The notes under the pieces were generated by a model that saw only the letters and a program-made list of their open reading frames with translations, did no database searches and was not told the origin of the DNA. From an uncultured archaeon (GTDB taxonomy: Archaea > Asgardarchaeota > Lokiarchaeia > Sigyniarchaeales > Promethearchaeaceae), in contig CAYRPF010000115.1 of NCBI GenBank assembly GCA_964426185.1, positions 1 to 6,200 on the forward strand: a stretch of 6,200 bases of DNA, written 5' to 3'. Made by a program: the position numbers and the translations under genes. Positions 6,082-6,200 of this stretch are shown here, piece after piece. The first letter of the stretch is position 1. Each line of letters begins with the position of its first letter.

Positions 6082-6178
6082 TTGGTCAATGAATATTCTG
6101 TCCCTCCTAAGCCCAATAAACGGCTAAAAAACGGGTCGGGAAGAACATTTGATTGATACAAATTTAGCGCAAGCTAAA
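6082..6178 (+). other. Putative structured RNA element: long imperfect hairpin plus a GCAA-tetraloop hairpin
   Basis: GUCAAU/AUUGAU (6085-6090/6152-6157), GAAUAUUCU/AGAACAUUU (6091-6099/6142-6150, one mismatch), UCCC/GGGA (6101-6104/6138-6141), inner AGCC/GGCU (6110-6113/6122-6125); then UUUAGC-GCAA-GCUAAA (6163-6178). Confidence 0.45.
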
Positions 6179-6200
6179 GGAAGGTAATGGAAAATTAATA

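Noticed and set aside
6124-6198. Possible 3' end of a minus-strand CDS (LIFHYLPLACAKFVSIKCSSRPVF*)
   Set aside because: Only 24 codons are visible, with no supporting motif.

Overview
AT-rich, probably archaeal window. The archaeal call rests on GGTGA-type ribosome-binding sites, a BRE/TATA element, oligo-T terminator-like tracts and a COG3432/HTH_45-type regulator; an Asgard/Loki-like host is possible but unproven. The core is a minus-strand three-gene cluster: a membrane-anchored, exported CotH-family kinase with two lamin-tail domains (2228-4843), a soluble VTC/TTM polyphosphate-polymerase-domain protein (1458-2213) and a DUF4956 membrane protein (611-1372). Together these look like an uncharacterised prokaryotic 'make polyP, export it, use it outside' system analogous to the yeast VTC complex. 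A winged-HTH regulator (5018-5317) and a 4-TM protein with two polyproline loops (5377-6060) are transcribed divergently from a palindrome-rich promoter region. Non-coding features include a 5x12-bp tandem repeat (507-566) and a structured-RNA-like region (6082-6178). The left end holds a short ORF with an MsrB-like N-terminus and an unlisted partial ORF (1-197) running off the window.
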